Shown here piece after piece: positions 1 through 8,928 of a stretch of 64,000 bases of DNA (positions are counted from its first letter, which is position 1; every line of letters begins with the position of its first letter). Location of the stretch: positions 32,001-96,000 of the IMG/VR virus record IMGVR_UViG_3300043331_000441, one strand, 5' to 3'. Position numbers and translations under genes: made by a program. Below the pieces are notes generated by a model, which ran no database searches, was not told where the DNA came from, and worked only from the letters and a program-made list of their open reading frames with translations. This stretch comes from a virus.

Positions 1-110
1 CGTGATCGTTCGGTACAACCTTCGCGTAGACTTCGCGTTGTAAGGAGGCGTTTCTGATCGGCCTCCAGCCCTAGGCGGGCGAATCAAAACAACAAGAGGA
101 AGGACACATC

Positions 111-1061
111 ATGAGCGGTATCTGGGAGTCCGTGGACATCATTCAGTCCACCGACGAGAACGTGGCCAAGTACGTCTTCAAGAAAGACGACGCGGTCGCG
201 GAAGCTGTGCTGTACAAGTACCCAACTTACGACCAGCGCACGGTGATCTGTTGTTCCACGCAGTCGGGGTGCCCCGTGGGCTGCCGTTTCTGCGGTGCCG
301 GGGACTACTTCGTCCGCAGCCTCACATCAAGTGAGATCGTCGCGCAGCCCGTGCGGCTACTCGACGACACAAACGTCGATCCGGCACGAATCGAGCGGCT
401 GCAGATCATGTTCATGAGCATGGGCGAGCCGCTGCTCAACATGAAGGCGCTCATTCCCGCGCTCGCCGATCTGTACGACCGCTATCCCAACGCGGCGTTA
501 CTGATCTCTACCTCTGCGCCAAAGATCAACTACGACGAAGTGATCGGCATCTCGCGGGTGATCCCAACGATCGGGCTGCAGTTCTCGATCCACGAATCAA
601 CCGACGAGGCACGCGACAAGTTGATTCCCTTTAAGCAGAAGCTGTCGTTGGCATCGATCGCACTCGTTGGCCAACAGTGGTATCTCGCCACCGGACGCAG
701 GCCGTTCTTCAACTACTGCGCTCACGAGGGGAACTCGTCCGACCTCGACGCCGATCGCTTGCTCGGTCTCTTCGATCCTGCGGTGTGGGAATGCACGATC
801 TCGGTGATCTGTGAACGCGACGAGTCAGTCGCAGCGGCGAATGCGCGCCAGCGTGAGCTTGCGTTGGGTTTCGCCGGGAAGATGCTTGCGCGCGACTTCT
901 CGACGAGAACGTTTGACCCTGCCGGTCAAGACGACATCGGCGGCGGCTGCGGGCAACTGTGGTTTGTGCAGGACTGGATGCGGGAGCATCCGGAGCAGGC
1001 GCGTCCGTCAATCGGCCATAGCCTGCCGATGATTCATACACCAGCGCTCACGCCAGCGTGA
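111..1061 (+). CDS. RlmN/Cfr-family (class A) radical SAM RNA methyltransferase-like protein
   Basis: ICCSTQSGCPVGCRFC (CxxxCxxC plus the upstream conserved Cys), FMSMGEPLLN (cf. MGMGEP), C-terminal DIGGGCGQL (cf. AACGQL); RBS GAGGAAGG. Confidence 0.85.
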   Translation: MSGIWESVDIIQSTDENVAKYVFKKDDAVAEAVLYKYPTYDQRTVICCSTQSGCPVGCRFCGAGDYFVRSLTSSEIVAQPVRLLDDTNVDPARIERLQIMFMSMGEPLLNMKALIPALADLYDRYPNAALLISTSAPKINYDEVIGISRVIPTIGLQFSIHESTDEARDKLIPFKQKLSLASIALVGQQWYLATGRRPFFNYCAHEGNSSDLDADRLLGLFDPAVWECTISVICERDESVAAANARQRELALGFAGKMLARDFSTRTFDPAGQDDIGGGCGQLWFVQDWMREHPEQARPSIGHSLPMIHTPALTPA

Positions 1062-1075
1062 GAAAGGAGAACACG

Positions 1076-1303
1076 ATGAGTGAACCTGTGTGGCAAAGCA
1101 GGTTGGACGACAAGTACGACGTCAGCGTCACGCAAAACGACGAGGACGCATATAAGGGCACGCTCCGCGTCGTGGAAAACGGTGACGTGCTTCTCGAAGA
1201 GCCGGTCGGCATCTCCTATGGGGCACCCTTTGGGCCAGACGTTGCTGACGTGGCGGAATGGCAGCAGCGCGCCGCCGAATTCATCGATGGAAGGGAGACG
1301 TAA
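1076..1303 (+). CDS. hypothetical protein
   Basis: AAAGGAGAAC RBS at 1063 before ATG 1076. Confidence 0.75.
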   Translation: MSEPVWQSRLDDKYDVSVTQNDEDAYKGTLRVVENGDVLLEEPVGISYGAPFGPDVADVAEWQQRAAEFIDGRET

Positions 1304-1524
1304 TGGTTGTCCAGGTAGAACTGAGCGAAGAGGACTTCGCGCAGATCAAGACCGGCCTCAACCTGGCCGAGATGATGGCCGACGCGATCGCCGACGCAAC
1401 CGTGCCAGTCGCCGGGTTCAAGGCTGAGATTCTCGCAGGGATCGGCGTCGAGACAGGCAAGCAGCTGGTCAAACAGGCGTTGGAAGCGGCCGATCGCGCC
1501 AAGCTCGCGGTGCGCGGCAGATGA
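1303..1524 (+). CDS. hypothetical protein
   Basis: TAATG coupling to the upstream gene, GGGAG RBS. Confidence 0.7.
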   Translation: MVVQVELSEEDFAQIKTGLNLAEMMADAIADATVPVAGFKAEILAGIGVETGKQLVKQALEAADRAKLAVRGR

Positions 1525-1838
1525 TGCGCGAACTAACTCAGCCAGAGCTAGACAAGCTGCTCGGCGACTTCTTCGTCTGTCCGTTCTGCGAATCGGAGGA
1601 GTGGTACGAAGGCCCATCGGGTGGGATGTCGCAGAACGTGTACTGCGCTAATGAGGAGTGCGGCGCAGGCTTCAACGTGATGGGGCCCAAGCCCGTCAAC
1701 GTCGGCGGACAGTTGATCCTTCCGCCGAAGGGAGGCGACCCAGGCCCGGTTCTTACCCTGGTACAGCCAACGGTGGACGAGCCGGAGGTTCGGCTGCCAT
1801 GGTGGAAGCGACTCTTTGCACACCGGCATGAGCCATGA
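1521..1838 (+). CDS. small Zn-finger protein (paralogue of 30014..30310)
   Basis: CPFC...CANEEC; highly similar to the ORF at 30014. Confidence 0.8.
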   Translation: MMRELTQPELDKLLGDFFVCPFCESEEWYEGPSGGMSQNVYCANEECGAGFNVMGPKPVNVGGQLILPPKGGDPGPVLTLVQPTVDEPEVRLPWWKRLFAHRHEP

Positions 1839-2086
1839 GTGGTTGTTCGATCACCATTCGCCACCGAAGAGACGGCCCACGCTATGTCGTGCGCTACCGC
1901 ATAGGCGGACGCGATACGCCGCTCACACACGCGGGATCGTTCAAAACACTCGGCGAAGCAACCCTTCGTCGCGGGCTGATCCTCGACGAGCTGGCAATGG
2001 GGCGCAATCCGGCGTTGATCCTGCGCTCGTTGCAGGACGCAATCGAGGGCAAGACGGTGCCAATGCCTTCTTTGGATCAGAAGTGA
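1835..2086 (+). CDS. small protein resembling a stand-alone integrase arm-type DNA-binding domain
   Basis: YVVRYRIGGR...AGSFKTLGEA pattern; ATGA overlap with the upstream gene. Confidence 0.45.
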   Translation: MSGCSITIRHRRDGPRYVVRYRIGGRDTPLTHAGSFKTLGEATLRRGLILDELAMGRNPALILRSLQDAIEGKTVPMPSLDQK

Positions 2087-2202
2087 GGGGCGCCCTCGCA
2101 GAACTGTGGCGGGGCAACTGCACGTATCGGGAGCCGCAGGACGAGACGTGTCCGCGCTGTCGGCTGCGTCGCCGTACGGGCTGGCTCTGGATCCGCCGCC
2201 AT

Positions 2203-2264
2203 TTGACAAACTTGGCACTTCGCCGCGAAGTGCGTTAGTCTCGTCGCGGCGTTCAAAAGAACGC
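2203..2264 (+). promoter_or_regulatory. TTGACA hexamer followed by two inverted repeats (candidate operator region)
   Basis: TTGACA 2203-2208; GCACTTCG-ccg-CGAAGTGC 2215-2233; GCGTTC-aaaa-GAACGC 2249-2264. No canonical -10 at 17 bp spacing. Confidence 0.4.
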
Positions 2265-2329
2265 GAACGGCCCCAAGAAGCTCCCGTTTCCTGAGGCCGT
2301 CAAATCTCCACTCCAATTGGAGAGAAATC

Positions 2330-2641
2330 CTGAAAACCAGTCTACCCGATGGTACGGAAGTCAAACTGACGCGAGGCCAGTCGCGCGTCCTGATTCACAT
2401 CTTCATGTACCAACGGAGATTCATGCAATCTCCGTTTTGGCCAGAAATCGCACATGACACCGATATTCATCGGGGCGAGGTGGCCAAGATCCTCAGCAAG
2501 CTGAGGCGTCGCGGGTTTTTGACCTACGAAGAGAAGCCTCGCAGCATCCTGCTCACTGACGCAGGTATGCGCGTTGCCCTTGAGTGGTATCAGCAAAAGG
2601 GCGACACATGGCGAGCACCGCATCGCTGGAAGTACCTCTAG
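2330..2641 (+). CDS. LexA-like winged-helix DNA-binding protein (start uncertain: CTG 2330 or ATG 2405)
   Basis: The frame is open upstream of ATG 2405 and reads KLTRGQSRVLIHIFMYQRRFMQSPFWPEIAHDTDIHRGEVAKILSKLRRRGFLTYEEKPRSILL, matching the LexA N-terminal domain pattern; GGAG lies 7 nt before CTG 2330. Confidence 0.6.
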   Translation: MKTSLPDGTEVKLTRGQSRVLIHIFMYQRRFMQSPFWPEIAHDTDIHRGEVAKILSKLRRRGFLTYEEKPRSILLTDAGMRVALEWYQQKGDTWRAPHRWKYL

Positions 2642-2795
2642 CGCGCTGGACATACTCCGCCAGCGTTGCGTCGGCTGTACGTGGAGGTGCTCTCGTGCGA
2701 CGACGAGGGTATGCGGTGACGGCGAATGGTCAGGTGGAGGCGTGGAAGGGTACGGGGCGTGCTGCGCCTTCGGCTTGCACGAGAAAGGAGAACAG

Positions 2796-3020
2796 ATGAC
2801 AACGATCGAACAACCAATCACCGACGTCTGGGTTGATGACAAGGTGCCGGAGAAGTTCACGCACCTGTACAGGTCGTACTCCGATACGGCGTATTGCGGG
2901 GCGCCCCGCCGACTGAGTGTCTGCGCTGGGCATCCAGCAGTCACCTGGAAGCCAGGGATGATGAACTGCCCCATCGACGGCACGCCGATTTGCACGGAAT
3001 GCCTACTGCTTGCGGGCTGA
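2796..3020 (+). CDS. Cys/His-rich small protein (related to 5951..6226)
   Basis: AAAGGAGAAC RBS; HLY...AYCG...CPIDGTPICTECL. Confidence 0.75.
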   Translation: MTTIEQPITDVWVDDKVPEKFTHLYRSYSDTAYCGAPRRLSVCAGHPAVTWKPGMMNCPIDGTPICTECLLLAG

Positions 3021-3030
3021 AAGGAGAACA

Positions 3031-3429
3031 ATGCACCGCGAAGGCAACGACGACTTCGCCTTCAGGCCTGTCCACCAAACACAGATAGTCCGCGACGGCG
3101 AGTTCCTCTACGAGGAGGCGATCACGCCAGCCTGCGACTTCTGCTTGGACAGTCGCGTGGTCTGGGAGTATCCCTGCGCAACCTTCGTGCTCGACGATGA
3201 CTTCGGCTCAGACGGTGCGTGGCTCGCGTGCGCGCGCTGCGCTGAGTTGATCGAAGAACGGTTGCTGCCTGCGCTGACATTGCGCAGCCTGAAATCGAAG
3301 GAGGCCCGCGGCGAGAAGATCACTGGCGACGCCATCGATCGCATCGGCCGCATCCAGCAGGGCTTCTTCGACCATCGCAACGGCGAGCGGTTCGTATGCA
3401 AGGAGGCCGCGAATGCGCAGCAACCTTGA
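3031..3429 (+). CDS. hypothetical Zn-binding protein
   Basis: AAAGGAGAAC RBS; CDFC...WLACARC. Confidence 0.75.
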   Translation: MHREGNDDFAFRPVHQTQIVRDGEFLYEEAITPACDFCLDSRVVWEYPCATFVLDDDFGSDGAWLACARCAELIEERLLPALTLRSLKSKEARGEKITGDAIDRIGRIQQGFFDHRNGERFVCKEAANAQQP

Positions 3430-3706
3430 CCTACTGATGGCAGAGATGGGGAAGCACACCATACGAGCGCATGCGCTTCAAGACGAAGCCCGTGCCCTCG
3501 CGCGCGACGCAGGCGAACTACAGGCGATGGCGATGGCCGTAAGTGAGGAGATTCGCCTCGATGGGACACCGAACGCCGCGTCGATCCCGGAGAAGCAATG
3601 CCCGAATCGGTACGCGCACAAGTCTCACCTTTGGCGAGACGAGGACTACGGCAAGGCCGTTTGGCCGACATGCCGCTGTTCGGGAAGGAGCACTGACGCG
3701 ACATGA
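3413..3706 (+). CDS. hypothetical protein
   Basis: GGAGG RBS, overlaps neighbours in the operon. Confidence 0.65.
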   Translation: MRSNLDLLMAEMGKHTIRAHALQDEARALARDAGELQAMAMAVSEEIRLDGTPNAASIPEKQCPNRYAHKSHLWRDEDYGKAVWPTCRCSGRSTDAT

Positions 3707-3909
3707 CGCGCACGAAAGAAAGGGAACTCGTCGAGGAACAGCTTCTCGCTGAGCTTGCGCCCGACGTCAGAGCGCATCTCGAACAAATGATCATCGACCT
3801 AGAGACGTACGAGACGAGGGCAGCACAGGCGTTTGTAGTCGGGCGCGGCGGGCCGATCAGACGCATACGCGACTGGTGGCTACTGCGAAAAATGAAAGGA
3901 GAAACATGA
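3703..3909 (+). CDS. hypothetical protein
   Basis: Stop/start overlaps on both sides. Confidence 0.65.
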   Translation: MTRTKERELVEEQLLAELAPDVRAHLEQMIIDLETYETRAAQAFVVGRGGPIRRIRDWWLLRKMKGET

Positions 3910-4169
3910 AGCCAGTGACCGTCTCGCAGCAAAGAAAGAACGCTCGCGAGCGCGGGTTCGCGGTCGGATGCGGCTCAGGCCTACACATGGACATTGGGCG
4001 ATGCGACTGCCCGGAACCGATTCCTGATCCCTTCGATCCGGACTGGCGCGCATGGCCAAGCTGGCAGATGATCGTGCGCCACCCACTGCGCAGCATTTAC
4101 GTGCGGTTCTGGGGTGCGGGTACGCCGCGCTTCCAACTCCGCAAAGTCAAGGAAAGGAGAACAAAATGA
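3906..4169 (+). CDS. hypothetical protein
   Basis: AAAGGAGAAAC RBS before ATG 3906. Confidence 0.7.
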   Translation: MKPVTVSQQRKNARERGFAVGCGSGLHMDIGRCDCPEPIPDPFDPDWRAWPSWQMIVRHPLRSIYVRFWGAGTPRFQLRKVKERRTK

Positions 4170-4531
4170 CGTACCCCATAGCATCAGTGATCTACGGCTG
4201 CCCATATCCACAAGGGCACCCGGATGGCGACACGTTCGAGGCGCTCATGGACGACCACTTCGGCGAGGACGCGATCTTCGGCTTGTCGCAGGACGAAGAG
4301 TCACTGTGGGAAAGCAATTACAGCGCCTCCCCCAGCGGGGATCCCGCCGGATACTTTGGCGAACTGCTACACGCAGCCGATGGCTACTGGGAACTGCAGC
4401 CAGAGTGGTTTCAGCAGCCGGTTCCTGCAGACGTAGTTGTCCGCGTTGATGCCGCCTGGGAGACATTGCCAGAGCCGGTGCGCGAAGCCTTAGGGCGCCC
4501 CCGGTTGGCAATCGCATGGAGCGACTCATGA
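4166..4531 (+). CDS. hypothetical acidic protein
   Basis: AAAGGAGAAC RBS at 4153 before ATG 4166. Confidence 0.75.
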   Translation: MTYPIASVIYGCPYPQGHPDGDTFEALMDDHFGEDAIFGLSQDEESLWESNYSASPSGDPAGYFGELLHAADGYWELQPEWFQQPVPADVVVRVDAAWETLPEPVREALGRPRLAIAWSDS

Positions 4532-4698
4532 ACGAACTCCAGAACCCGACAATCGACGAAACGCCTGTAAGCGAAGACGAGGCCGAACCAGAACTCGCTC
4601 ATTGGATGCATCCCACAGACGTTCAGATGGAACTGATGAACGAGGGGCGCTTCCCACGGCTGGATGGACTGAGCTGGGTCTTCCCAGGAGGGCAGTGA
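4516..4698 (+). CDS. hypothetical acidic protein
   Basis: Fills the gap in the operon; start may be 4528. Confidence 0.55.
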   Translation: MERLMNELQNPTIDETPVSEDEAEPELAHWMHPTDVQMELMNEGRFPRLDGLSWVFPGGQ

Positions 4699-4702
4699 AA
4701 AA

Positions 4703-5482
4703 ATGAAGCGCGGACGACTGACCTTCCACAGCGAGACAGGCACGGAAGGTGGTTACTGGGCGTTCCAGGACGAGCAGTTCATCACGCTCGAACCGCCGAA
4801 GTGGGGTGTCTTCGCAGAGCGCGCCGTCTTCGATCCAGAGAATCCTGTACGCACGGGCGTCATGGCAAACGACGTCCACGTCCTCCACGACGGCGTATGG
4901 CTTCCGCTTCCTGATCCCATCCAGACAGACCCGGACTACTACATCTCATCTCTCTTCAACGGAGAGCACAAAGGGGACCGCGAGGCCGACGCGCGCCTGA
5001 TGGAACGCTACGGCTTCACAATGAAATACGCCGCCGACCGCATGAACGAGGCGGTCGGGGAGGGCAACTGGACGCTCGAAGAGCCAACCACTGCTGTCGC
5101 CAACGATGGCAAGCGCTACCACTATGGGGGCACCCCGCACGCCGAGCGTCCCTACGGCGTGCGACCGGGTGAGATCACACGTGGCACCGTCATCTGGGAG
5201 GACGGCGAAGAAGATGTCCGCACCTCCGCCGAGCTACTCGTCGAGCAGTGGAGCTATGAGGGGCTGCATTACCTCAAGGACGGCGACTACCTGCGCATCT
5301 TTGATCGGGAAGACCCATCCCAAGTTGTCTGGGAGGGAACGATCAGGCTCCGCCAGCACGAGCCGTTCGCAGAGTCAGCGTTCGGCTACTGGATTCACGC
5401 CGATCATGAAGGGGTGCCCCGCGAGGAATGGGCGAAGTTCTTCCTTGGGGACACGTACTCGGGAGAACTGGAGTCAGCATGA
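4703..5482 (+). CDS. hypothetical protein
   Basis: 259 aa ORF, typical codon usage, GGAGG RBS. Confidence 0.8.
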   Translation: MKRGRLTFHSETGTEGGYWAFQDEQFITLEPPKWGVFAERAVFDPENPVRTGVMANDVHVLHDGVWLPLPDPIQTDPDYYISSLFNGEHKGDREADARLMERYGFTMKYAADRMNEAVGEGNWTLEEPTTAVANDGKRYHYGGTPHAERPYGVRPGEITRGTVIWEDGEEDVRTSAELLVEQWSYEGLHYLKDGDYLRIFDREDPSQVVWEGTIRLRQHEPFAESAFGYWIHADHEGVPREEWAKFFLGDTYSGELESA

Positions 5483-5940
5483 GCGCATTGGAATTCACCC
5501 AGGACGAAATCAAGAAGCGCGAGGCGGTGCTGACGCCGCTGGATCCATCCCAACGCTACGACGCAGAAGCGTGGCTCTGTAGTTACGAGACGGACGCATA
5601 CGAGGATCAACTAGGGATCAGGCACAACGCGTGGGTTGTCTGGGACCGCCAGATCATCCACGTCACCCACTCGTTTGAGCAATACGAGTACTACGGCAGG
5701 GAGTTTTTCAACTCTGGTCGTTTCGGACGCTCGGACGATGAGCGTGAGTGGCGTTACCACGCGAACCTCGTTGATTACACCGGTGGCGGAAGCTGGGAGG
5801 TGACGCGAGGAGACGATGGTCTAGGCAATGGCCGTATCTGGCGGAAGGCTCCCTACACCACGCCGGACCTTCCCGTGCGTGGGTACATGCTGCCGAACGG
5901 TATGCGCGCATCCAAACTGATTCCAGGCGGCAACAGGTGA
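5479..5940 (+). CDS. hypothetical protein
   Basis: GGAG RBS, ATGA overlap. Confidence 0.7.
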   Translation: MSALEFTQDEIKKREAVLTPLDPSQRYDAEAWLCSYETDAYEDQLGIRHNAWVVWDRQIIHVTHSFEQYEYYGREFFNSGRFGRSDDEREWRYHANLVDYTGGGSWEVTRGDDGLGNGRIWRKAPYTTPDLPVRGYMLPNGMRASKLIPGGNR

Positions 5941-5950
5941 AAGGAGAACA

Positions 5951-6226
5951 GTGACAACAGAGTTAGAACAAGCCCCGGTCGAAGAGATCGGCGAGACGAC
6001 CGACGAGATCGACGAGATCCCTGAGATGCACGCGCATCTCTACGACAGCATCGATTCTGGCCTGACCTTGTCTGATGTCGCTCTTTGCGGCATCCGTCGC
6101 GACAACGATCCACACGCCTGTTACCACGATTCGTTCGATGGCACAGAACCGACGCTTTGGACAGGTCAGACAGCCTGTCCGAAGTGCGGCGCAACCTGTT
6201 GCGCAACTTGCCTCGCGTTGGCGTGA
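5951..6226 (+). CDS. Cys/His-rich small protein (related to 2796..3020)
   Basis: AAAGGAGAAC RBS; HLY...ALCG...CPKCGATCCATCL. Confidence 0.75.
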   Translation: MTTELEQAPVEEIGETTDEIDEIPEMHAHLYDSIDSGLTLSDVALCGIRRDNDPHACYHDSFDGTEPTLWTGQTACPKCGATCCATCLALA

Positions 6227-6241
6227 AAGGAGGACAACAAC

Positions 6242-6415
6242 GTGGAAGCAAGAACATGGCCCGATCACGCCAGCGTGACATTTGGTGATGTCCGCCGCGC
6301 GATCAAAGAGGCCCACCACCAAGCTTCGAAGCTCGCCGCCCAGACGGGCGCCCGCCGGGACAAGAAGCGCGAGGACAAACTGTGGCAGGTACTCAAAGAA
6401 ATGGAGTCCGGATGA
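6242..6415 (+). CDS. small hypothetical protein (57 aa, not in the ORF track)
   Basis: AAAGGAGG RBS, GTG 6242, TGA overlapping the next ATG. Confidence 0.6.
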   Translation: MEARTWPDHASVTFGDVRRAIKEAHHQASKLAAQTGARRDKKREDKLWQVLKEMESG

Positions 6416-6606
6416 TTTGGAAATCGATCGAGCATGCGATCGATGAGGCGATCGAACACGAACTGCGAATGGCATATCGAGCTGGCTATCGAGAGGCAGC
6501 GGCTATCTACGGGCGCAACGTCCACGCGATACAGCATGCGTATCAGGAATCGGACGACAAGTCGTACGTGTATGTGGCAGAGAGAAAGGAGACCATGAAT
6601 GGCTGA
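6412..6606 (+). CDS. hypothetical protein
   Basis: GGAG RBS, coupled to neighbours. Confidence 0.6.
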   Translation: MIWKSIEHAIDEAIEHELRMAYRAGYREAAAIYGRNVHAIQHAYQESDDKSYVYVAERKETMNG

Positions 6607-6844
6607 TGTGAAGCGATCACTTCTCGTGCGAGTCAATTCTGTCGCGAGAGTTTGCGAAATCCTCACCGGATACGGCCGAATCATCGGGATCGATCACGAA
6701 GGAACGATCACCTACGAACTCGAAGAGAAGGATGACTACGAGCTAGGCCGCCGCTCGTACGAAATCGAACACGAACTGAACGCTGAATTCACTGGCGCGT
6801 GCATCGTCAGCGCCATCAAGAAGAAAGGAAAGGAGACTACCTAA
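6599..6844 (+). CDS. hypothetical protein
   Basis: AAAGGAG RBS. Confidence 0.65.
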   Translation: MADVKRSLLVRVNSVARVCEILTGYGRIIGIDHEGTITYELEEKDDYELGRRSYEIEHELNAEFTGACIVSAIKKKGKETT

Positions 6845-7261
6845 ATGCTCAGAATCGGGAAGAACTCATGGCACTACTGGCTGTGGAAGCTCGGGCGTGA
6901 CGAGAATTCCAGGCCGAAGAACCTATGCAAGTACTTCTGGCATATCGCGATCGTCAAGGTGCTCTTGCCCGCGATTCTCGCGAGCTTCGTGCTACTCGGC
7001 GTCGCCACGCTCGGATGGCTGATCTGGGGGCACCCCGTTGAGTTCGGCGTCGGTCTCATGTTGCTGGTCGGCGGAACCGCAGCGGTTGTGGGCGTCATCA
7101 AGCTGACCGAAACGTATGTCGAGCACCGACGCGAGGTTGCGATGACGCGTCCGCCGAAGCCGAAGAAGCCGAAGAAGGAGAAGAAGCCGAACATCTTCTT
7201 TGAGTTCCTCAAGGCACGCAAGCGCAAGATGTGCCCGCTAATCGAAGTCGTGGACGACTAA
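6845..7261 (+). CDS. membrane protein (two hydrophobic segments, basic tail)
   Basis: Hydrophobic helices followed by a KPKKPKKEKK tail. Confidence 0.75.
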   Translation: MLRIGKNSWHYWLWKLGRDENSRPKNLCKYFWHIAIVKVLLPAILASFVLLGVATLGWLIWGHPVEFGVGLMLLVGGTAAVVGVIKLTETYVEHRREVAMTRPPKPKKPKKEKKPNIFFEFLKARKRKMCPLIEVVDD

Positions 7262-7275
7262 CAAAGGAGAACGAG

Positions 7276-8190
7276 ATGGCAACAACAACACGCAAAACAG
7301 CCACGAAGAAGATGGCTGCACCCACGGCATGGCCATTCTCCGTACAAGCAGTCAAGCTGAGCGACATGTTTATCGATTTTGGCTACCAACGCGAAACGCG
7401 AGGCCAGTTTGTTGTCACCAACGCATCCGACGACACATTCCGCCCTGACCTCGTCCACGTTCTCACGCTCTCCAAGCGAGCCGACGGAAGATACGCCATT
7501 GTCGATGGCGGGCATCGCTATCTGATGTTGATGGAGCGCGGCATCGCTGAGTGGACGGCGGTCGTCTACGAAAACCTCTCCTACGACGACGAGGCCGACC
7601 TATTCGTCGAGCTGAATTTCAGACGCAACTCCGTGCGCCCATACGAACGACACCGCGCAATGATCGAGGCGAAAGTCCCGATGGCACTCGCTCTCCGTGC
7701 CTGTGCAGAAGACGAAGGTTTTGTGATTGCGGCGAGTGCAAACGGGGAGAATGCGATCGGAGCCATCTCCTCGCTGGAAGAAGTCTTCCTCGTGGCAAAA
7801 CATGAGGCCGGGACGACCTTCCAGCGCCACGTAGAGGTCAGAAAGTGGATCACTACCTCCGAAACCGAAGGCCCTGATCTGCTGAGAAAGACCCTTGCGT
7901 CTCTGCGGGAGGCATGGTCCGACCGGGACTCATGGGCGCAAGGCAAGGCTGGGAACATGATCCGTGGCGTTGCGCGTTTTCTGGCCAAGCATCCTAACGT
8001 CACTGTGGAGGAGATGGCACTCGTACTTCGCCATTCCGACCCACTGAGCGTGCAGCAGGAAGCACGGCATCTGCAAAAGCCTGGCGCCGGGAGTGGCAAG
8101 GGGCGCCCCGTCGAGACAGTGGTAGAGCGTCTCTACAAGAAGCACGGGGACGCACGTTTACTCAAGAAGTCAGCAAAGGAGAACACATGA
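7276..8190 (+). CDS. ParB/Srx-like N-terminal domain protein (DUF6551-like)
   Basis: IDFGYQRE...YAIVDGGHR...DEADLFVELN pattern; AAAGGAGAAC RBS. Confidence 0.7.
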   Translation: MATTTRKTATKKMAAPTAWPFSVQAVKLSDMFIDFGYQRETRGQFVVTNASDDTFRPDLVHVLTLSKRADGRYAIVDGGHRYLMLMERGIAEWTAVVYENLSYDDEADLFVELNFRRNSVRPYERHRAMIEAKVPMALALRACAEDEGFVIAASANGENAIGAISSLEEVFLVAKHEAGTTFQRHVEVRKWITTSETEGPDLLRKTLASLREAWSDRDSWAQGKAGNMIRGVARFLAKHPNVTVEEMALVLRHSDPLSVQQEARHLQKPGAGSGKGRPVETVVERLYKKHGDARLLKKSAKENT

Positions 8191-8423
8191 CCGTTTCGAC
8201 GATGGACATCAAAGTCGGTGATCGTGTTGGCCGTCAGATGGGCAACGACGGCCCGATCATGTGGCTGACCGTCACTGACGTGGACGAGGAAATCATCCAC
8301 TGCAACCTGTGGACGTTCGATCGTGAGACTGGCGCAGAAATCGACGACAAGCTGCAATGGGGGCCGAAGTACGGTCGCACCGGCAGCTTCATCGTGCGCG
8401 TGCAGCAGGGCGTGGCCGCGTGA
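8187..8423 (+). CDS. hypothetical protein
   Basis: AAAGGAGAAC RBS. Confidence 0.75.
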   Translation: MTVSTMDIKVGDRVGRQMGNDGPIMWLTVTDVDEEIIHCNLWTFDRETGAEIDDKLQWGPKYGRTGSFIVRVQQGVAA

Positions 8424-8653
8424 AGATCGAGACCAACCGCGAGCACAACGTCGGTTATCTCTCGCTGTGTGAGATTGGGCCTGGGGAGGTCGCGTGCACG
8501 ATGACCGTGACTCCCCAGGTCGGTCCCGAACCGAGAACGCCGAGCATCAACCTCGATTTCGACTCTAAGGGCGCCCTGCTGGGGATTGAGTTTCTCGATG
8601 CAGAGACAGGGATGGCGCGTCTGCGTAGCGATCTCACTGACAAGGAGATGTAA
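8420..8653 (+). CDS. DUF2283-like protein
   Basis: VGYLSL...INLDFDSKGALLGIEFLDA signature. Confidence 0.7.
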   Translation: MKIETNREHNVGYLSLCEIGPGEVACTMTVTPQVGPEPRTPSINLDFDSKGALLGIEFLDAETGMARLRSDLTDKEM

Positions 8654-8928
8654 TGGCATACATGCGCGGCACGTTCTATGTGTGGGGAGACGGCGAGAAC
8701 ATCCACATCAACGATGTGGTGATGCCGGACGACGTATTCGACCAGCTTGTCGCAATGCGCTGGGCACAGATGACCGAGGAGGAGAAGGAGGCCGCGAAGC
8801 GGGCAGCTGTTGAGAACTACTCAGGCAACTTCGGCTGCACCAAACTGTGCGAAGAGATGGGCGTACCGTCGGCCCTCGATTGGGTCAACGATCTGGCTGA
8901 GCGGATGCGAAAGGAGAACGGTGTCTGA
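8653..8928 (+). CDS. hypothetical protein
   Basis: AAGGAG RBS, TAATG coupling. Confidence 0.7.
   Translation: MAYMRGTFYVWGDGENIHINDVVMPDDVFDQLVAMRWAQMTEEEKEAAKRAAVENYSGNFGCTKLCEEMGVPSALDWVNDLAERMRKENGV

Noticed and set aside
14-66. Riboswitch upstream of the radical SAM gene (hairpins TACAAC/GTTGTA and GGAGGC/GCCTCC)
   Set aside because: Truncated by the window edge and no SAM-riboswitch consensus recognised.
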